A stretch of 64,000 nucleotides of DNA from Bdellovibrio sp. (GCA_036676395.1 JAKFCY010000002.1:1568001-1632000), one strand, 5' to 3'; positions 1-10,450 are shown, counted from the first letter of the stretch. Numbers and translations: made by a program. The notes: generated from the sequence alone by a model not told the origin.

Positions 1-224
1 TGAATTTTAGTCACAACGCCTTTGTATAACTGAACGCGTTCTTTTTCACCTTCGATAATTTTAACGTATACGTTAACAGTATCACCTGGAGCAAAAGTTG
101 CGATTTTTGCATTTTTAGTCGATTTTTGAGTCATGCGCTTAACGAAATTAGTTTCAGTTCCTTTTGCTGGAGCTGCTTTTTTCATTTTTTTAGAAGTCGC
201 TTTTTTTGCTGCTGCTTTTGCCAT
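1..224 (-). CDS. rplS: 50S ribosomal protein L19 (5' part; runs off window)
   Basis: Manual translation from ATG at 224: [71 protein letters not shown], an L19 signature. AAGGA SD upstream; canonical position downstream of trmD. Confidence 0.95.
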   Translation of the reverse strand, partial: MAKAAAKKATSKKMKKAAPAKGTETNFVKRMTQKSTKNAKIATFAPGDTVNVYVKIIEGEKERVQLYKGVVTKI

Positions 225-283
225 AAATAGTCCTTATTCATTTGGACCTCAGGTCCAATTATCTTTCAAAAAGAAGTATTGTG

Positions 284-856
284 TTACCATGACCCTAGGA
301 GTCGGTCAAGACAGATACTTACAGCCGCTCTTACACAAAGATGTCTGTAATCGTCTTTAGAATCACCTTTGATTGGGTCTAAAACCGCATGGCAGTTACG
401 CATGAAATCCTGAGTTAAGCCAAAACCTGTTCCAAAAACAAGCATATAAGGGTCATCATCCTGCTCTAAAACGTTTTTAAAGCGCTCAAAGGTGAATTTC
501 TCCTGCCCAGGCAGGTTGCGTGCGTGAGTTGCAACGATACGGGCATTAGGGTGACCCCAATCTGCCATGGCCTCATGAACATTACTTGCCGTCCTTACAT
601 CTGTCAGAGCCGTCTTACGCATGGGATTTAATCTGGCCCCCTCGCCGGTTCTCCAGTGATCTAAAACTCGGCCAACAAACATTTGTTGCTCTTGCATCGG
701 GTGAACCAGGTAATACCGTTCAACACCGTACACGCGACAACTTCTGGCGATATCATGAATATCGAAATTTGTAATATTGGTCGCGCAAAGATCCCCTTGG
801 CGATCAACAATCGGATAATGAAGCAAGGCTACGGCTAAAGGTGCTTTACGTTTCAT
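284..856 (-). CDS. SPOUT-family RNA methyltransferase (DUF2168-like, TrmD-associated)
   Basis: ALLHYP..TNITNFDIHDIARSCRVYG, LVFGTGFGL and YRHLCVRAAVSICLDRL motifs; overlaps the trmD stop (ATGA). Confidence 0.85.
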   Translation of the reverse strand: MKRKAPLAVALLHYPIVDRQGDLCATNITNFDIHDIARSCRVYGVERYYLVHPMQEQQMFVGRVLDHWRTGEGARLNPMRKTALTDVRTASNVHEAMADWGHPNARIVATHARNLPGQEKFTFERFKNVLEQDDDPYMLVFGTGFGLTQDFMRNCHAVLDPIKGDSKDDYRHLCVRAAVSICLDRLLGSW

Positions 857-1677
857 AAACTTTTAACCTCGTTCAAATGCTGATCTAAATCTTGGCGAGT
901 TAAATCCACAGCTTTTAACTCTTCATCTGTGATTTCACTTAAAAATTTCAAATGATTTTTAAGCTGTGTACTTACTAATTCTTTTTCTGCTTTTAAAAAC
1001 AAATCGCGGCGTTTTTTCCATGTGATTAATAAACCCATATGGTGTTTCCAAATCGCGATTTTTTCATGATGTCCTGACAATAAAACGTCAGGCACTTTTT
1101 CATTTCCCCACAAGGCAGGCTTTGTGAATTGCGGAGCTTCTAATAAACCATTATGAAATGAATCCGCAATCACCGACTGGTCATGGCCTAATACCCCCGG
1201 AATAAAGCGAGATACACTTTCGGTAAGCGCTAGCGAGGCCAGCTCTCCACCACTTAATACGAAATCACCTAATGAGATTTCTAAATCAATATGGTGATTT
1301 ATAATTCTTTGATCAATGCCACCGTAGCGTCCACTTAATAAAACTAAATGATCATACTTAAGTAATTTATGAATAGTGGCTTGCTCTAATTTTTCTCCTT
1401 GAGGAGATAGGTAAATACGTAATGCCGATTCAGGTTTGTAATCAGCAGATACATATAACTCATTAAAACATTTATCGGCGATCTCGGGGCGTAAAATCAT
1501 GCCATCGCCGCCACCGTAAGCCGTATCGTCGACTGAGTTATGCTTATTGTCTGAATATTTTCGTAAATTAATAATGTTAAACTCTAAAAGTTTTTTATCT
1601 GCTGCTTTTTTTAAAAGCGCATCACTTAAGTAACTTTGAATAAGCTCTGGAAAAAGAGTCAGGTACGTGAATTTCAT
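853..1677 (-). CDS. trmD: tRNA (guanine37-N1)-methyltransferase
   Basis: VDDTAYGGGDGM, YLSPQG, GRYGGIDQR, SLGDFVLSGGE, SGHH motifs. Confidence 0.97.
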   Translation of the reverse strand: MKFTYLTLFPELIQSYLSDALLKKAADKKLLEFNIINLRKYSDNKHNSVDDTAYGGGDGMILRPEIADKCFNELYVSADYKPESALRIYLSPQGEKLEQATIHKLLKYDHLVLLSGRYGGIDQRIINHHIDLEISLGDFVLSGGELASLALTESVSRFIPGVLGHDQSVIADSFHNGLLEAPQFTKPALWGNEKVPDVLLSGHHEKIAIWKHHMGLLITWKKRRDLFLKAEKELVSTQLKNHLKFLSEITDEELKAVDLTRQDLDQHLNEVKSL

Positions 1678-1679
1678 AA

Positions 1680-2195
1680 CTATTGGTTCAGATCCAAAAG
1701 ACCTTCGGGTAGATCCATCTGAATAGTTTTATTTTCGTGATCGATTTCTACAATAAAGGCATCCACAAACGGAATTTCAAACACGTTACCACTTACTGAT
1801 GTCACAACTAATAAGTCTTGCGCGGTGTTTGATGAAAAGCCCGTAATGATGCCGATTTCACCTGCGGTTTTATCAACGACTTTGAATTTTTCGATTTCAG
1901 TTAGAAACATTCCTTCGTCTTCATCTTGAGAGAAGAAAAAGTCAGCGGGTAAATAAATTTGTTTTCCAATCAATGCTTCTGATTGATTACGATCAGTCAC
2001 GCCCTTGAGCTGCACTTTAAGGCCGTCTTTGTGTTCAGCAGCCTTAATGACTTCGTAAGGAGTTTCTTCGATGTAAACTTCGTCAATTAAATCCACCCAG
2101 GAATAATCTTTGGAAAAGAAAATAATAAAGACATCGCCACGTAAACCGTGGGCGTCTTTGATTTTTCCGATGAGGCGCATTTCTTGTTTTTCCAT
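1680..2195 (-). CDS. rimM: 16S rRNA processing protein RimM
   Basis: IGKIKDAHGLRG, DRNQSEAL, EIPFVDAFIVEID motifs. Start moved to ATG 2195 because the longer ORF begins inside a terminator. Confidence 0.93.
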   Translation of the reverse strand: MEKQEMRLIGKIKDAHGLRGDVFIIFFSKDYSWVDLIDEVYIEETPYEVIKAAEHKDGLKVQLKGVTDRNQSEALIGKQIYLPADFFFSQDEDEGMFLTEIEKFKVVDKTAGEIGIITGFSSNTAQDLLVVTSVSGNVFEIPFVDAFIVEIDHENKTIQMDLPEGLLDLNQ

Positions 2196-2221
2196 TGATG
2201 ATTGCTTGTAGCACTTAGGAT

Positions 2222-2251
2222 AAAAAAAAAGGAGAGTTTTCACTCTCCTTT
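2222..2251 (-). terminator. Rho-independent terminator between the KH gene and rimM
   Basis: Minus strand AAAGGAGAG-TGAAAA-CTCTCC followed by a long T run. Confidence 0.75.
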
Positions 2252-2275
2252 TTAAGTACTTTATCTATATTGAAA

Positions 2276-2515
2276 TTATTCAACGATATCTAAGTGATAG
2301 CGTTTGTTTAACTTGGTACCTGCAGCTCTGATGATTGTTCTCATCGCAGCAGCTGTTTTACCCTGTTTACCGATGACTTTTCCAAGATCTTCTTTATCCA
2401 CCTTAAGGGCTAAAAGAGTAGTTTGCTGTCCAGGAATCTCATCAACTTCAACATTTTCAGGCTTATCAACTAAAGACTTCGCCATGTGCTCAACAAGTTC
2501 TTTTAAGTTATCCAT
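2276..2515 (-). CDS. khpA: KH-domain RNA-binding protein (KhpA/YlqC family)
   Basis: DLGKVIGKQGKTAAAMRTII motif; lies between rpsP and rimM; probable start MDNLKEL at 2515. Confidence 0.92.
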   Translation of the reverse strand: MDNLKELVEHMAKSLVDKPENVEVDEIPGQQTTLLALKVDKEDLGKVIGKQGKTAAAMRTIIRAAGTKLNKRYHLDIVE

Positions 2516-2632
2516 GTTCCCCCCAGAAACCATATCCAAGTTTGACAAAATATTTAGCAGACCTCAAGGAATTTCACAGTTCTTTGACCAGAAACGCCCC
2601 ATAACGAGATCTACTCTATATTATTGTTTCAA

Positions 2633-2938
2633 TTACGCTTCTTTTTTAGCGTTCTTGTTTTTTGTTTTAGCTGGAGATTTTTTACGTGCAGGTAAAGTGA
2701 TTCCACCTAATTTAAGAACGTGTCTTGCAGTTTCAGAAGGCTGTGCACCTTTAGTTAACCACTCTTGAGCTTTAGTTGTGTTTAACACAACTTTAGTTTG
2801 CTTACCTTTTGGAGTTGGAATGTATGTTCCTAATACTTCGATAAATTTGCCAGTTACATAACGGCGAGAATCAGCCACTGTGATTCTGTATTTAGGATCA
2901 TGCTTAGCTCCAACGCGTGCTAGACGAATAACAACCAT
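2633..2938 (-). CDS. rpsP: 30S ribosomal protein S16
   Basis: MVVIRLARVG..PKYRITVADSR..GKFIEVLGTY..WLTKGAQPS. Confidence 0.97.
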   Translation of the reverse strand: MVVIRLARVGAKHDPKYRITVADSRRYVTGKFIEVLGTYIPTPKGKQTKVVLNTTKAQEWLTKGAQPSETARHVLKLGGITLPARKKSPAKTKNKNAKKEA

Positions 2939-3039
2939 TTGAAATACCTCTCATATGAAGAAAAAAAAGCTTTCTAGCTTTCTCAAAGACTAAGTTTTTA
3001 TATCTTATATCGCGCAAGATCAAGCGATTAAAACGGAAA

Positions 3040-4407
3040 TCAAAAAGGAAAGCCAGGTCCTTTGCCGCCCATTCCACCGAATGGATTGCCTTTTCCTTTA
3101 CCACCCATGCCCATTTTCATCATTCCACTCATCATTTTTTTCGCTTCTTCGAACTGTTTGACCAGTTTATTCACATCTTGAACTTGGGTTCCTGAGCCAG
3201 AAGCGATTCTTTGACGCCGCGAGCCATTGAGGATTCTGTGATCATTACGCTCCTGAATGGTCATTGAATTGATAATGGATTCGATTTTTTTGATTTCAGT
3301 ATCTGGTGGGGTCATGTTTTTCATCTGTTTAGAGATCTCGCCCATACCGGGTAGAAATTTCAACATACTTTCAAAACCGCCCAGTTTTTTTAGCTGCTGA
3401 ATCTGCGCCAGGAAGTCTTCTAACGTGAATTCATTATTCATCATACGTTTAGCAGAACGTTCAGCTTCTTTCGTATCTATCACGTCTTGAGCGCGCTCTA
3501 CCAATGATAGAACATCACCCATATCTAGAATTCTTCCAGCCAAACGATCTGGATGAAACACTTCTAATGCAGAAACCTTTTCGCCAACACCTAGAAATTT
3601 AATTGGAATACCCGTTACTTCACGAATAGATAAAGCAGCACCACCGCGCGCATCGCCGTCTACTTTTGTTAAAACTAAACCTGTTAAGTTTAATTTTTGG
3701 TGAAATGTTTCTGCAACATTCACAGATTGCTGACCTAACATCGCATCAGCGACTAATAAAATTTCAGTCGGCGTGATGACTTTCTTAAGATCAGATAATT
3801 CGTTCATCAACTCTTCGTCAATTTGTAAACGCCCCGCTGTATCGACTAATAAGACGTCGATCAGTTCATCTTCAGCCCATTTGATGGCGTTTGTTAAAAT
3901 ATCAGCAGGCTTATCGCCTACTTTAGATGGGTAACAAGAAAAGTTATTTTGTTTTGCTAAAGTTTGTAATTGGTCAATGGCTGCCGGGCGGTAAACGTCG
4001 ACAGGAACAAAACCTACTTTTTTTCCTAGTTTCTGGCGAATATACAAACCTAGTTTTGCAGTGGACGTAGTTTTACCTGCCCCTTGCAGGCCTACCATCA
4101 TAATCACTGATAGTTTTTCGCGAACGTTGATATCAACTTTTTCGCCACCTAATGTTTGCACCAATTCGTCATGGACGATTTTTGTAAACATTTGGCCTGG
4201 GTTTACGTTAGCAATAACTTCAGCACCCAAGGCTTTAGCTTTCACACGGTCGATAAAGTTTTTTACGACTTTAAAATGAACGTCAGCTTCTAATAAACTT
4301 AGACGAATTTCTTTAATTGCTTCTTCGACATTAGTCTCAGAGATCTTGTGCTGACCTTTGAGTTTTTTCATTGAACCTAAAATTTTATCTGATAAGCCTT
4401 CAAACAT
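3040..4407 (-). CDS. ffh: Signal recognition particle protein Ffh
   Basis: GLQGAGKTT, DTAGR, TKVDGDARGG, M-domain SRRQRIASGSG. Confidence 0.98.
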   Translation of the reverse strand: MFEGLSDKILGSMKKLKGQHKISETNVEEAIKEIRLSLLEADVHFKVVKNFIDRVKAKALGAEVIANVNPGQMFTKIVHDELVQTLGGEKVDINVREKLSVIMMVGLQGAGKTTSTAKLGLYIRQKLGKKVGFVPVDVYRPAAIDQLQTLAKQNNFSCYPSKVGDKPADILTNAIKWAEDELIDVLLVDTAGRLQIDEELMNELSDLKKVITPTEILLVADAMLGQQSVNVAETFHQKLNLTGLVLTKVDGDARGGAALSIREVTGIPIKFLGVGEKVSALEVFHPDRLAGRILDMGDVLSLVERAQDVIDTKEAERSAKRMMNNEFTLEDFLAQIQQLKKLGGFESMLKFLPGMGEISKQMKNMTPPDTEIKKIESIINSMTIQERNDHRILNGSRRQRIASGSGTQVQDVNKLVKQFEEAKKMMSGMMKMGMGGKGKGNPFGGMGGKGPGFPF

Positions 4408-4410
4408 AGT

Positions 4411-5205
4411 CTACCACCGTGCAAATGATCCCTTTAAAAGGGAATATATCGCCATTAAATAAGTTACGCCCGTAGCTAATAAACACACAACAACAGTTGT
4501 CATAAGATCAACATCACTTACGCCAACCATCGAATAGCGATAGCCATTTATTAAATAAAACACCGGATTTAAGTGACACACCTTTTGCCAAAATGGATGT
4601 AACCCTTGAATCGTCATGAACACTCCGCCTAAATATGTCAGCGGAATTAAAATAAACGTTGAAAATGCACTTAACTGATCGAATGTTTTTGCAATGAAGG
4701 CGATAAAAATTCCGCAGAACGAAAAGATCAATCCGCAAAGAATTGTGAACATCACAAAAAGCAAAGGATGTTTGATCGGCAATAATTCGCCGACCATAAA
4801 ATAATGGAAAATCATTCCAACAGCACCCGTTATAAAAGCAACAACCGAACCACGAATAATTCCGCCAATACCCATAGCCCAAATGATTTGATGATTAGAA
4901 ATCGGAGCTACGCGAATATCTTCAAGATCTCCTGAGAATTTTGACGTTACAATTGAAGATGATGAATTTTGGAATGAGTTATTAATTAAACCCATAATCA
5001 TCAGGCCCGGAATCAAAAATGTAATATAGGGTAAACCATTCGGAAGGTTTACTTGTGAACCCAATGACACACCAAAGATCAATAAATACAAACTAGAGCT
5101 TACGATCGGGCTTACTACAGTTTGAATCATCACTTTCATGAAACGTTTAATTTCACGGCGGATTAAAGTTAAAAATGGAATCCAGTTATTAATTGTTTTT
5201 TCCAT
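4411..5205 (-). CDS. ABC-2 type transporter permease (YadH-like)
   Basis: REIKRF, FLIPGL, LGGVF, NPVFYLINGYRY; multiple TM segments. Confidence 0.9.
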   Translation of the reverse strand: MEKTINNWIPFLTLIRREIKRFMKVMIQTVVSPIVSSSLYLLIFGVSLGSQVNLPNGLPYITFLIPGLMIMGLINNSFQNSSSSIVTSKFSGDLEDIRVAPISNHQIIWAMGIGGIIRGSVVAFITGAVGMIFHYFMVGELLPIKHPLLFVMFTILCGLIFSFCGIFIAFIAKTFDQLSAFSTFILIPLTYLGGVFMTIQGLHPFWQKVCHLNPVFYLINGYRYSMVGVSDVDLMTTVVVCLLATGVTYLMAIYSLLKGSFARW

Positions 5206-5206
5206 G

Positions 5207-6076
5207 CTATTGGTTCACTACTTTCGTAAAGGCTTCTTCTAACTTACCTTCAGTCATTTGAATATCGGCCACATCGGCTATAGAAATCTTATGTTGCACA
5301 AGCACGATATTTAAACTTTCAGCTGCAGAAGTTAGAATTTCTTTAACATCACCATTTGTCATTTTGATATGAATTTTTTTAGTCGAATATTTAGCAATGA
5401 CTTCTTTCGGGCTTCCGCAGTAGTTCACTTCGCCTTTGTTGATAATCGCAATGCGGTTACAAAGATTTTCGGCTTCTTCTAAGTAATGGGTCGTAAGCAA
5501 GATCGACATGCCAGCTTTTTGTAATTCTGCTACAAACTTCCATAATGATTCACGTAATTCAACGTCTACACCTGCTGTCGGTTCATCAAGTAGTAATAAC
5601 TTTGGTGAATGAACTAAAGCTTTTGCAATCATCAAACGGCGTTTCATTCCGCCTGAGAGTTGTTTGACTTTCTTGTGGGCATGGGGTTTTAACGCCAGAC
5701 GATCTAATAAAAATTGAATACGATCACCGTTATTCAGAATGCCGTAATAACCTGATTGAAATTCTAAAATTTCAGTCACATCGAAATAACCTGTGTTGAT
5801 CACTTCTTGGTGAACGACGCCAACGTTTTGTTTAATTGCACGGGCGTTGTGAACTACATCAAGGCCAAAAACATTTAATTCACCTGAAGTAGGTTTTTCT
5901 AAAGTTGTAATTGTAGAAATTAAAGTGGTTTTTCCTGCGCCGTTTGGCCCAAGTAAACCAAAAATCTCGCCTTCGTTAATATCAAAACTTACACCTTTTA
6001 AAGCATGCACTGATCGAGATGCATCTTTGGCATCGGTATAGGTTTTTTTAAGGTTTTTAACTTCTAAAGCTTTCAT
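5207..6076 (-). CDS. ABC transporter ATP-binding protein (YadG-like)
   Basis: GPNGAGKTT, LSGGMKRR, LLLDEPTAGVD. Confidence 0.93.
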   Translation of the reverse strand: MKALEVKNLKKTYTDAKDASRSVHALKGVSFDINEGEIFGLLGPNGAGKTTLISTITTLEKPTSGELNVFGLDVVHNARAIKQNVGVVHQEVINTGYFDVTEILEFQSGYYGILNNGDRIQFLLDRLALKPHAHKKVKQLSGGMKRRLMIAKALVHSPKLLLLDEPTAGVDVELRESLWKFVAELQKAGMSILLTTHYLEEAENLCNRIAIINKGEVNYCGSPKEVIAKYSTKKIHIKMTNGDVKEILTSAAESLNIVLVQHKISIADVADIQMTEGKLEEAFTKVVNQ

Positions 6077-7683
6077 TATCTGGCTCTCGAAATCGAAGTC
6101 GCAAATTCGACATCTGGGTTTTCTTTTTTAGCCCAGTTCAAATCCCACTCTTGGTTTAATAATAAGACCGGTTGATCAATCATGTCTCTGAATAGAGTAA
6201 AATTACCTTTTAACTCAGCAACGGGTTTACCGTCTTGAGTTCTTGGCCAACGGGCTACCGTGAATGGCAAGCGGTTCAATTTTACTTCTAAGTTGTATTC
6301 ATCCATTAATCTGTGCACTAAAACTTCAAACTGTAACTCACCGACCGCGCCGATTAAATATTCTTGCGGGCCGTAAACTGGATCAATAAATAATTGAATC
6401 GCGCCTTCTTCAGATAAATGATTTAAGGCTTGTTGTAGTTTTGTTCTGCGAAGTGCATCTTTTACAGTTAATTTTGCAAATAACTCTGGCGCAAATTTTG
6501 GAATATCCTCAAAACGAACTTTACCGTTTGCTGAAATGCTATCGCCGATCGCAAAGTTTCCGGTATCGCCGACACCCACGATATCACCAGCATAAGCGAC
6601 ATCGACAGTTTCTTTATCAGCAGCTACGAACTGGCTTGAATAAGACAAACGTAATTCACGCTGTAAGCGCGCGTGGTTTACTTTCATACCACGTTCAAAT
6701 TTGCCTGAGCAAATGCGAACGAAGGCAATACGGTCGCGGTGGCGCTTATCCATGTTGGCTTGAATTTTAAATACAAAGCCTGAAAAATTGTCTGACAATG
6801 GATCAACTTCACCCACTGATTTGGACGGACGTGCTTTTGGACCGGGTGCAAATTCTGTAAAGAATTTTAAGAAAGTATCCACACCGAAGTTTTGCTTTGC
6901 CGAACCAAATGTAACCGGAGAAATTTTTCCGGTTAAAAATTCATTCACATCAAATGGTGGAAGAGCTGATTCAATTAATTCTAATTCATCACGCACTTGT
7001 GCCGCAGTTTCTGCATCTAAGTATTTATCTAAGATTGGGTCTTGCGGGCCAGATAGGTCATGCTCAGTGTATTCATCACCTTCACGGCGCTGATCGTAGA
7101 AATACACTTTTTTATTTAAACGATTGTAAATCCCTTTAAAACGCTGGCCGATGCCTAACGGCCAAGTCACTGGGTAACATTGCATATTTAGCGTACGTTC
7201 GATTTCGTCGATCAAAGTAAGTGGATCTTTTCCTTCACGATCTAGTTTGTTTACGAAGGTAAAAATTGGAATATCACGCAGACGACAAACATCATAAAGT
7301 TTTTTCGTACGATCTTCGACCCCTTTGGCTACGTCAATTAACATACATGCAGATTCAACGGCCATTAATACACGGTAGGTATCTTCAGAGAAATCTTTAT
7401 GGCCGGGAGTATCTAAAAGGTTAACTCGTAAATCAGCGTAATCAAAAGTCATTACCGATGAAGTAATCGAAATACCTTTTTGTTTTTCTAGCTCCATCCA
7501 ATCTGATGTGGCTGACTTTGTTCCAGACTTACCTTTTACCTCGCCAGTTTCGTGGATTACCCCACCGTGGTATAAAAGTTTTTCGGTCAACGTGGTTTTA
7601 CCCGCATCTGGATGTGAAATAATGGCAAACGTACGACGACGTAGAATCTCTTTTTGGTCTTGAACTGATAATGACATAAGCAA
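6076..7683 (-). CDS. prfC: Peptide chain release factor 3
   Basis: RRTFAIISHPDAGKTTLTEK, SDWM, DTPGH, NKLDR, FKIQANMD. Confidence 0.98.
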   Translation of the reverse strand: MLMSLSVQDQKEILRRRTFAIISHPDAGKTTLTEKLLYHGGVIHETGEVKGKSGTKSATSDWMELEKQKGISITSSVMTFDYADLRVNLLDTPGHKDFSEDTYRVLMAVESACMLIDVAKGVEDRTKKLYDVCRLRDIPIFTFVNKLDREGKDPLTLIDEIERTLNMQCYPVTWPLGIGQRFKGIYNRLNKKVYFYDQRREGDEYTEHDLSGPQDPILDKYLDAETAAQVRDELELIESALPPFDVNEFLTGKISPVTFGSAKQNFGVDTFLKFFTEFAPGPKARPSKSVGEVDPLSDNFSGFVFKIQANMDKRHRDRIAFVRICSGKFERGMKVNHARLQRELRLSYSSQFVAADKETVDVAYAGDIVGVGDTGNFAIGDSISANGKVRFEDIPKFAPELFAKLTVKDALRRTKLQQALNHLSEEGAIQLFIDPVYGPQEYLIGAVGELQFEVLVHRLMDEYNLEVKLNRLPFTVARWPRTQDGKPVAELKGNFTLFRDMIDQPVLLLNQEWDLNWAKKENPDVEFATSISRAR

Positions 7684-7826
7684 ATAGTTATAGACATTTT
7701 TTAGGGTTGATTCAAACAGTTTGACCCTTCAAGGCAGGTGCATTAGAAGTAAAAGTCTGATTTTGATGACCTAAAATCAACTCATGGTGGTTTGGAGCCA
7801 CCGTCTGACAACTGAAAGAGGTTCAT

Positions 7827-8768
7827 ATGACTATTAATGCGGCAAACAGCAGCACAAACGCAGCTCAATATTTTATCACTACATTCTATAAATTTATCCC
7901 GATTTCTAATGTTGAAAACACGAAAACTTGGTTCAATAATTTGGCAGAAAAGCACAATATCAAAGGCCTAATTATTTTAGCGCCTGAAGGCTTTAATTCT
8001 ACGGTGTCAGCTCAATCAAAAGAGAATTTAGAAAATTTTAAAAAAGACCTATTAGCTCATTTTAATTTAACCGCACTTAATTTTAAAGATTCCGAATCGC
8101 ACAAATCGCCATTTCGCCGCTTCGTTGTAAAATTAAGACCAGAAATCGTGACATTAGGAACTCCTGATCTAGTGCCGCCAGAAGGGGTAAATCGTCATTT
8201 AACGCCCACCGAATGGAATGAAGTTTTAAAAAAAGAAAAACCAATCATTATCGATACGCGCAATTGGTATGAATATAAAATCGGTACATTCAAGGGGTCA
8301 TTAAACCCAAACACCGAGAAATTCACTGAGTTTCCGCAGTACATGGATTCACAAAATATTTCTAAAGATCAAAAAGTTTTAATTTTTTGCACTGGCGGAA
8401 TTCGCTGCGAAAAAGGAATTCTAGAATTAACTGAAAAAGGTTACAGCAATGTTTATCAACTTGGTGGCGGAATTTTAAATTACTTAAAAGAATACCCGAA
8501 CGATGAATTTGATGGTGAATGTTTTGTTTTCGATCACCGCGTGTCTGTAACTCAAGATCTAAAACCAACTGACAAATATTATCTTTGCCCTCATTGTGGC
8601 CAACCTGGAAATACGGCGATTGATTGCAAACGTTGCGACACGCACGATCATATTTGCGAAGACTGTGCTAAAATTGAATGGAAGAAAGACACCTGCTCGA
8701 AAGACTGTGCTTACCATTACAAACTTCATCCAGATCGCAAAGCGCCGCGCCAACCGCGCTCGTATTAA
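7827..8768 (+). CDS. trhO: Rhodanese-domain tRNA uridine(34) hydroxylase (TrhO/YceA family)
   Basis: DTRNWYEYKIGTF, FCTGGIRCEK, YQLGGGILNY, CFVFDHR; Cys-rich C-terminus. Confidence 0.9.
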   Translation: MTINAANSSTNAAQYFITTFYKFIPISNVENTKTWFNNLAEKHNIKGLIILAPEGFNSTVSAQSKENLENFKKDLLAHFNLTALNFKDSESHKSPFRRFVVKLRPEIVTLGTPDLVPPEGVNRHLTPTEWNEVLKKEKPIIIDTRNWYEYKIGTFKGSLNPNTEKFTEFPQYMDSQNISKDQKVLIFCTGGIRCEKGILELTEKGYSNVYQLGGGILNYLKEYPNDEFDGECFVFDHRVSVTQDLKPTDKYYLCPHCGQPGNTAIDCKRCDTHDHICEDCAKIEWKKDTCSKDCAYHYKLHPDRKAPRQPRSY

Positions 8769-8792
8769 TTATTTTATTTCTTCGAAGAAGAA

Positions 8793-9359
8793 TTATTTTT
8801 CAGATTCGAAGCGCACTTTAAATAAAATGGCGCTCGCTACTGGTTTGTTATCAACCATTGCAGGTTTGAATTTAGATTCACGTGCAAGATTTAGCGCAAC
8901 TTCATCTAAACCATAAGGTAAAGAATTTCTAAGCTTTGCACTTCTGACTTGCCCGTCTGAGCCAACAACAAGTTCAACTTGCGCAACTCCTGAATAATCG
9001 GCTCTTCGCGCAGCTTCTGTGCGATTTGCTTTTATCTTTGTCAGCAGCACCGCTGGCGTCGTAATCGCCGAATCACTGGCCAACTCTTCAGCGATCTGTT
9101 CGTGACTTGTACCGCCGATAGGGGTTTTAGTTTCGTTTGACAGCTCTTTTGATTTATCCGCAAGTTCATTTACTCTTTCGGATTTTGTTTTTTCAAGCTT
9201 ACTATCGTTGGGCTTCACAATAGGCGTCACATAAGAAGTCACTTCAATATTTTCGTATATTTGATCTGTTGGATTTGCCAATAACATGATAATAGCTGCG
9301 GCAAGCATATGAAAGCCTCCGGATAGTATTAAAAATTTATATTTGCGCGATCCCGACAT
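8793..9359 (-). CDS. Energy transducer TonB-like protein
   Basis: N-terminal TM with SxxxH (SGGFH); C-terminal TonB domain (GVAQVELVVGSDGQV..GLDEVAL..FKPA). Confidence 0.8.
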   Translation of the reverse strand: MSGSRKYKFLILSGGFHMLAAAIIMLLANPTDQIYENIEVTSYVTPIVKPNDSKLEKTKSERVNELADKSKELSNETKTPIGGTSHEQIAEELASDSAITTPAVLLTKIKANRTEAARRADYSGVAQVELVVGSDGQVRSAKLRNSLPYGLDEVALNLARESKFKPAMVDNKPVASAILFKVRFESEK

Positions 9360-9395
9360 AATTTAACTTATATCGAAAAACACACCGAATAACAA

Positions 9396-9959
9396 CTACT
9401 GCATAAGGTTTGAAGGCCGATAATCGCGATTACGTTCTTCTTCGATCGCTTCTTCTTCTTCAAGGGTAAGGTTTTCTTCACGGCGAAAGTGATCTTTTAA
9501 TTCTAAGTACTGCTTACCGATCATTACACGATCTTCAACATCGCTCTCTTTTTTAAATGCAGGAAATATATCAGACTCTTCTTCTTTAAGATGATGTTCA
9601 ACTAGCTCGGCTAAAACTTTAGCTCGTGCCGACCATAACTCTGCGCCTTCTGACATTTTTACTTCTTCCACCATATGTTCGGCTAATTCGTGCTCTACGT
9701 CGCCTTCCAAGCCATCGATGCGAAGCTCTTTGTTTTCGTCTTTTAAAAAAGTGTACAGGCTTTCTTGTTCTGATCTTGCATGCACTAATAATAACGGTAC
9801 GAATTGATCAAAGATTCTTCTGCGGGTGCGAATTGGCGTGTCTAAGTCTTTTAAAATACCAATAAATCTTTTCAAGGGCTCGTGATCCGCTAAAATTAAT
9901 TTAATGATATCCTCTTTAGAACTATTAGTAGAGGCTTTTTTTGCAGTTGATTTTCGCAT
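9396..9959 (-). CDS. Hemerythrin/HHE cation-binding domain protein
   Basis: DH..., HARSEQESLY, EH, HHLKEEESDIFP motifs. Confidence 0.85.
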   Translation of the reverse strand: MRKSTAKKASTNSSKEDIIKLILADHEPLKRFIGILKDLDTPIRTRRRIFDQFVPLLLVHARSEQESLYTFLKDENKELRIDGLEGDVEHELAEHMVEEVKMSEGAELWSARAKVLAELVEHHLKEEESDIFPAFKKESDVEDRVMIGKQYLELKDHFRREENLTLEEEEAIEEERNRDYRPSNLMQ

Positions 9960-9983
9960 AAGTACTCCTTTTTTTAAAGTCGA

Positions 9984-10394
9984 CTATGATTTTAAAGCAA
10001 CTCCAGTGCCACTGGGATGCGGGTATTTTTGTCTGAGTTGGTGACATTCTTGGATACGCTGAATGATCGTATTCGATAAATCGTCGTGATAAAACCCGTA
10101 AGATTCAATGTATAATCCTTTAACGTCATCTTCGATCAGTGATCTGATCGCGTACATGATCGCTTGATCATCAGGATCAGAAGTGTTTTCAAAACGTAAG
10201 ACTTCGTCGAAAAAAATATCGTTGGGATAAAGTTCTAATTTACCTTCTTCACAAGTGAAATGATCAAAACGTGCCACAAGATTATACGTATAACCTTGTT
10301 TCTGCAAACGTTCGATGGCTTCTCGAAGCCCGTACATTTCGCCCGTGCCAGCGCGAATCATATCTTTCGGCAAGACTGTGGTGACATGTTCCAT
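9984..10394 (-). CDS. Conserved hypothetical protein
   Basis: LREAIERLQKQGY and RFENTSDPDDQAIMYAI resemble a recalled uncharacterised family; function unknown. Confidence 0.7.
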   Translation of the reverse strand: MEHVTTVLPKDMIRAGTGEMYGLREAIERLQKQGYTYNLVARFDHFTCEEGKLELYPNDIFFDEVLRFENTSDPDDQAIMYAIRSLIEDDVKGLYIESYGFYHDDLSNTIIQRIQECHQLRQKYPHPSGTGVALKS

Positions 10395-10412
10395 TTTATG
10401 ATTTCCGTTCGT

Positions 10413-10450
10413 AAAAAAAGAGCCTTATCTTACGATAAGACTCTTCCAAC
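10413..10450 (-). terminator. Rho-independent terminator, copy 1 of a 38-bp repeat
   Basis: Minus strand GTTGG-AAGAGTCTTATC-GTAA-GATAAGGCTCTT-TTTTT. Confidence 0.85.

Noticed and set aside
133..360. 75-aa plus-strand ORF
   Set aside because: Antisense shadow of rplS and the SPOUT gene.
2196..2243. Longer rimM N-terminus from the ORF track
   Set aside because: It begins inside the terminator hairpin; ATG 2195 gives a normal RimM.
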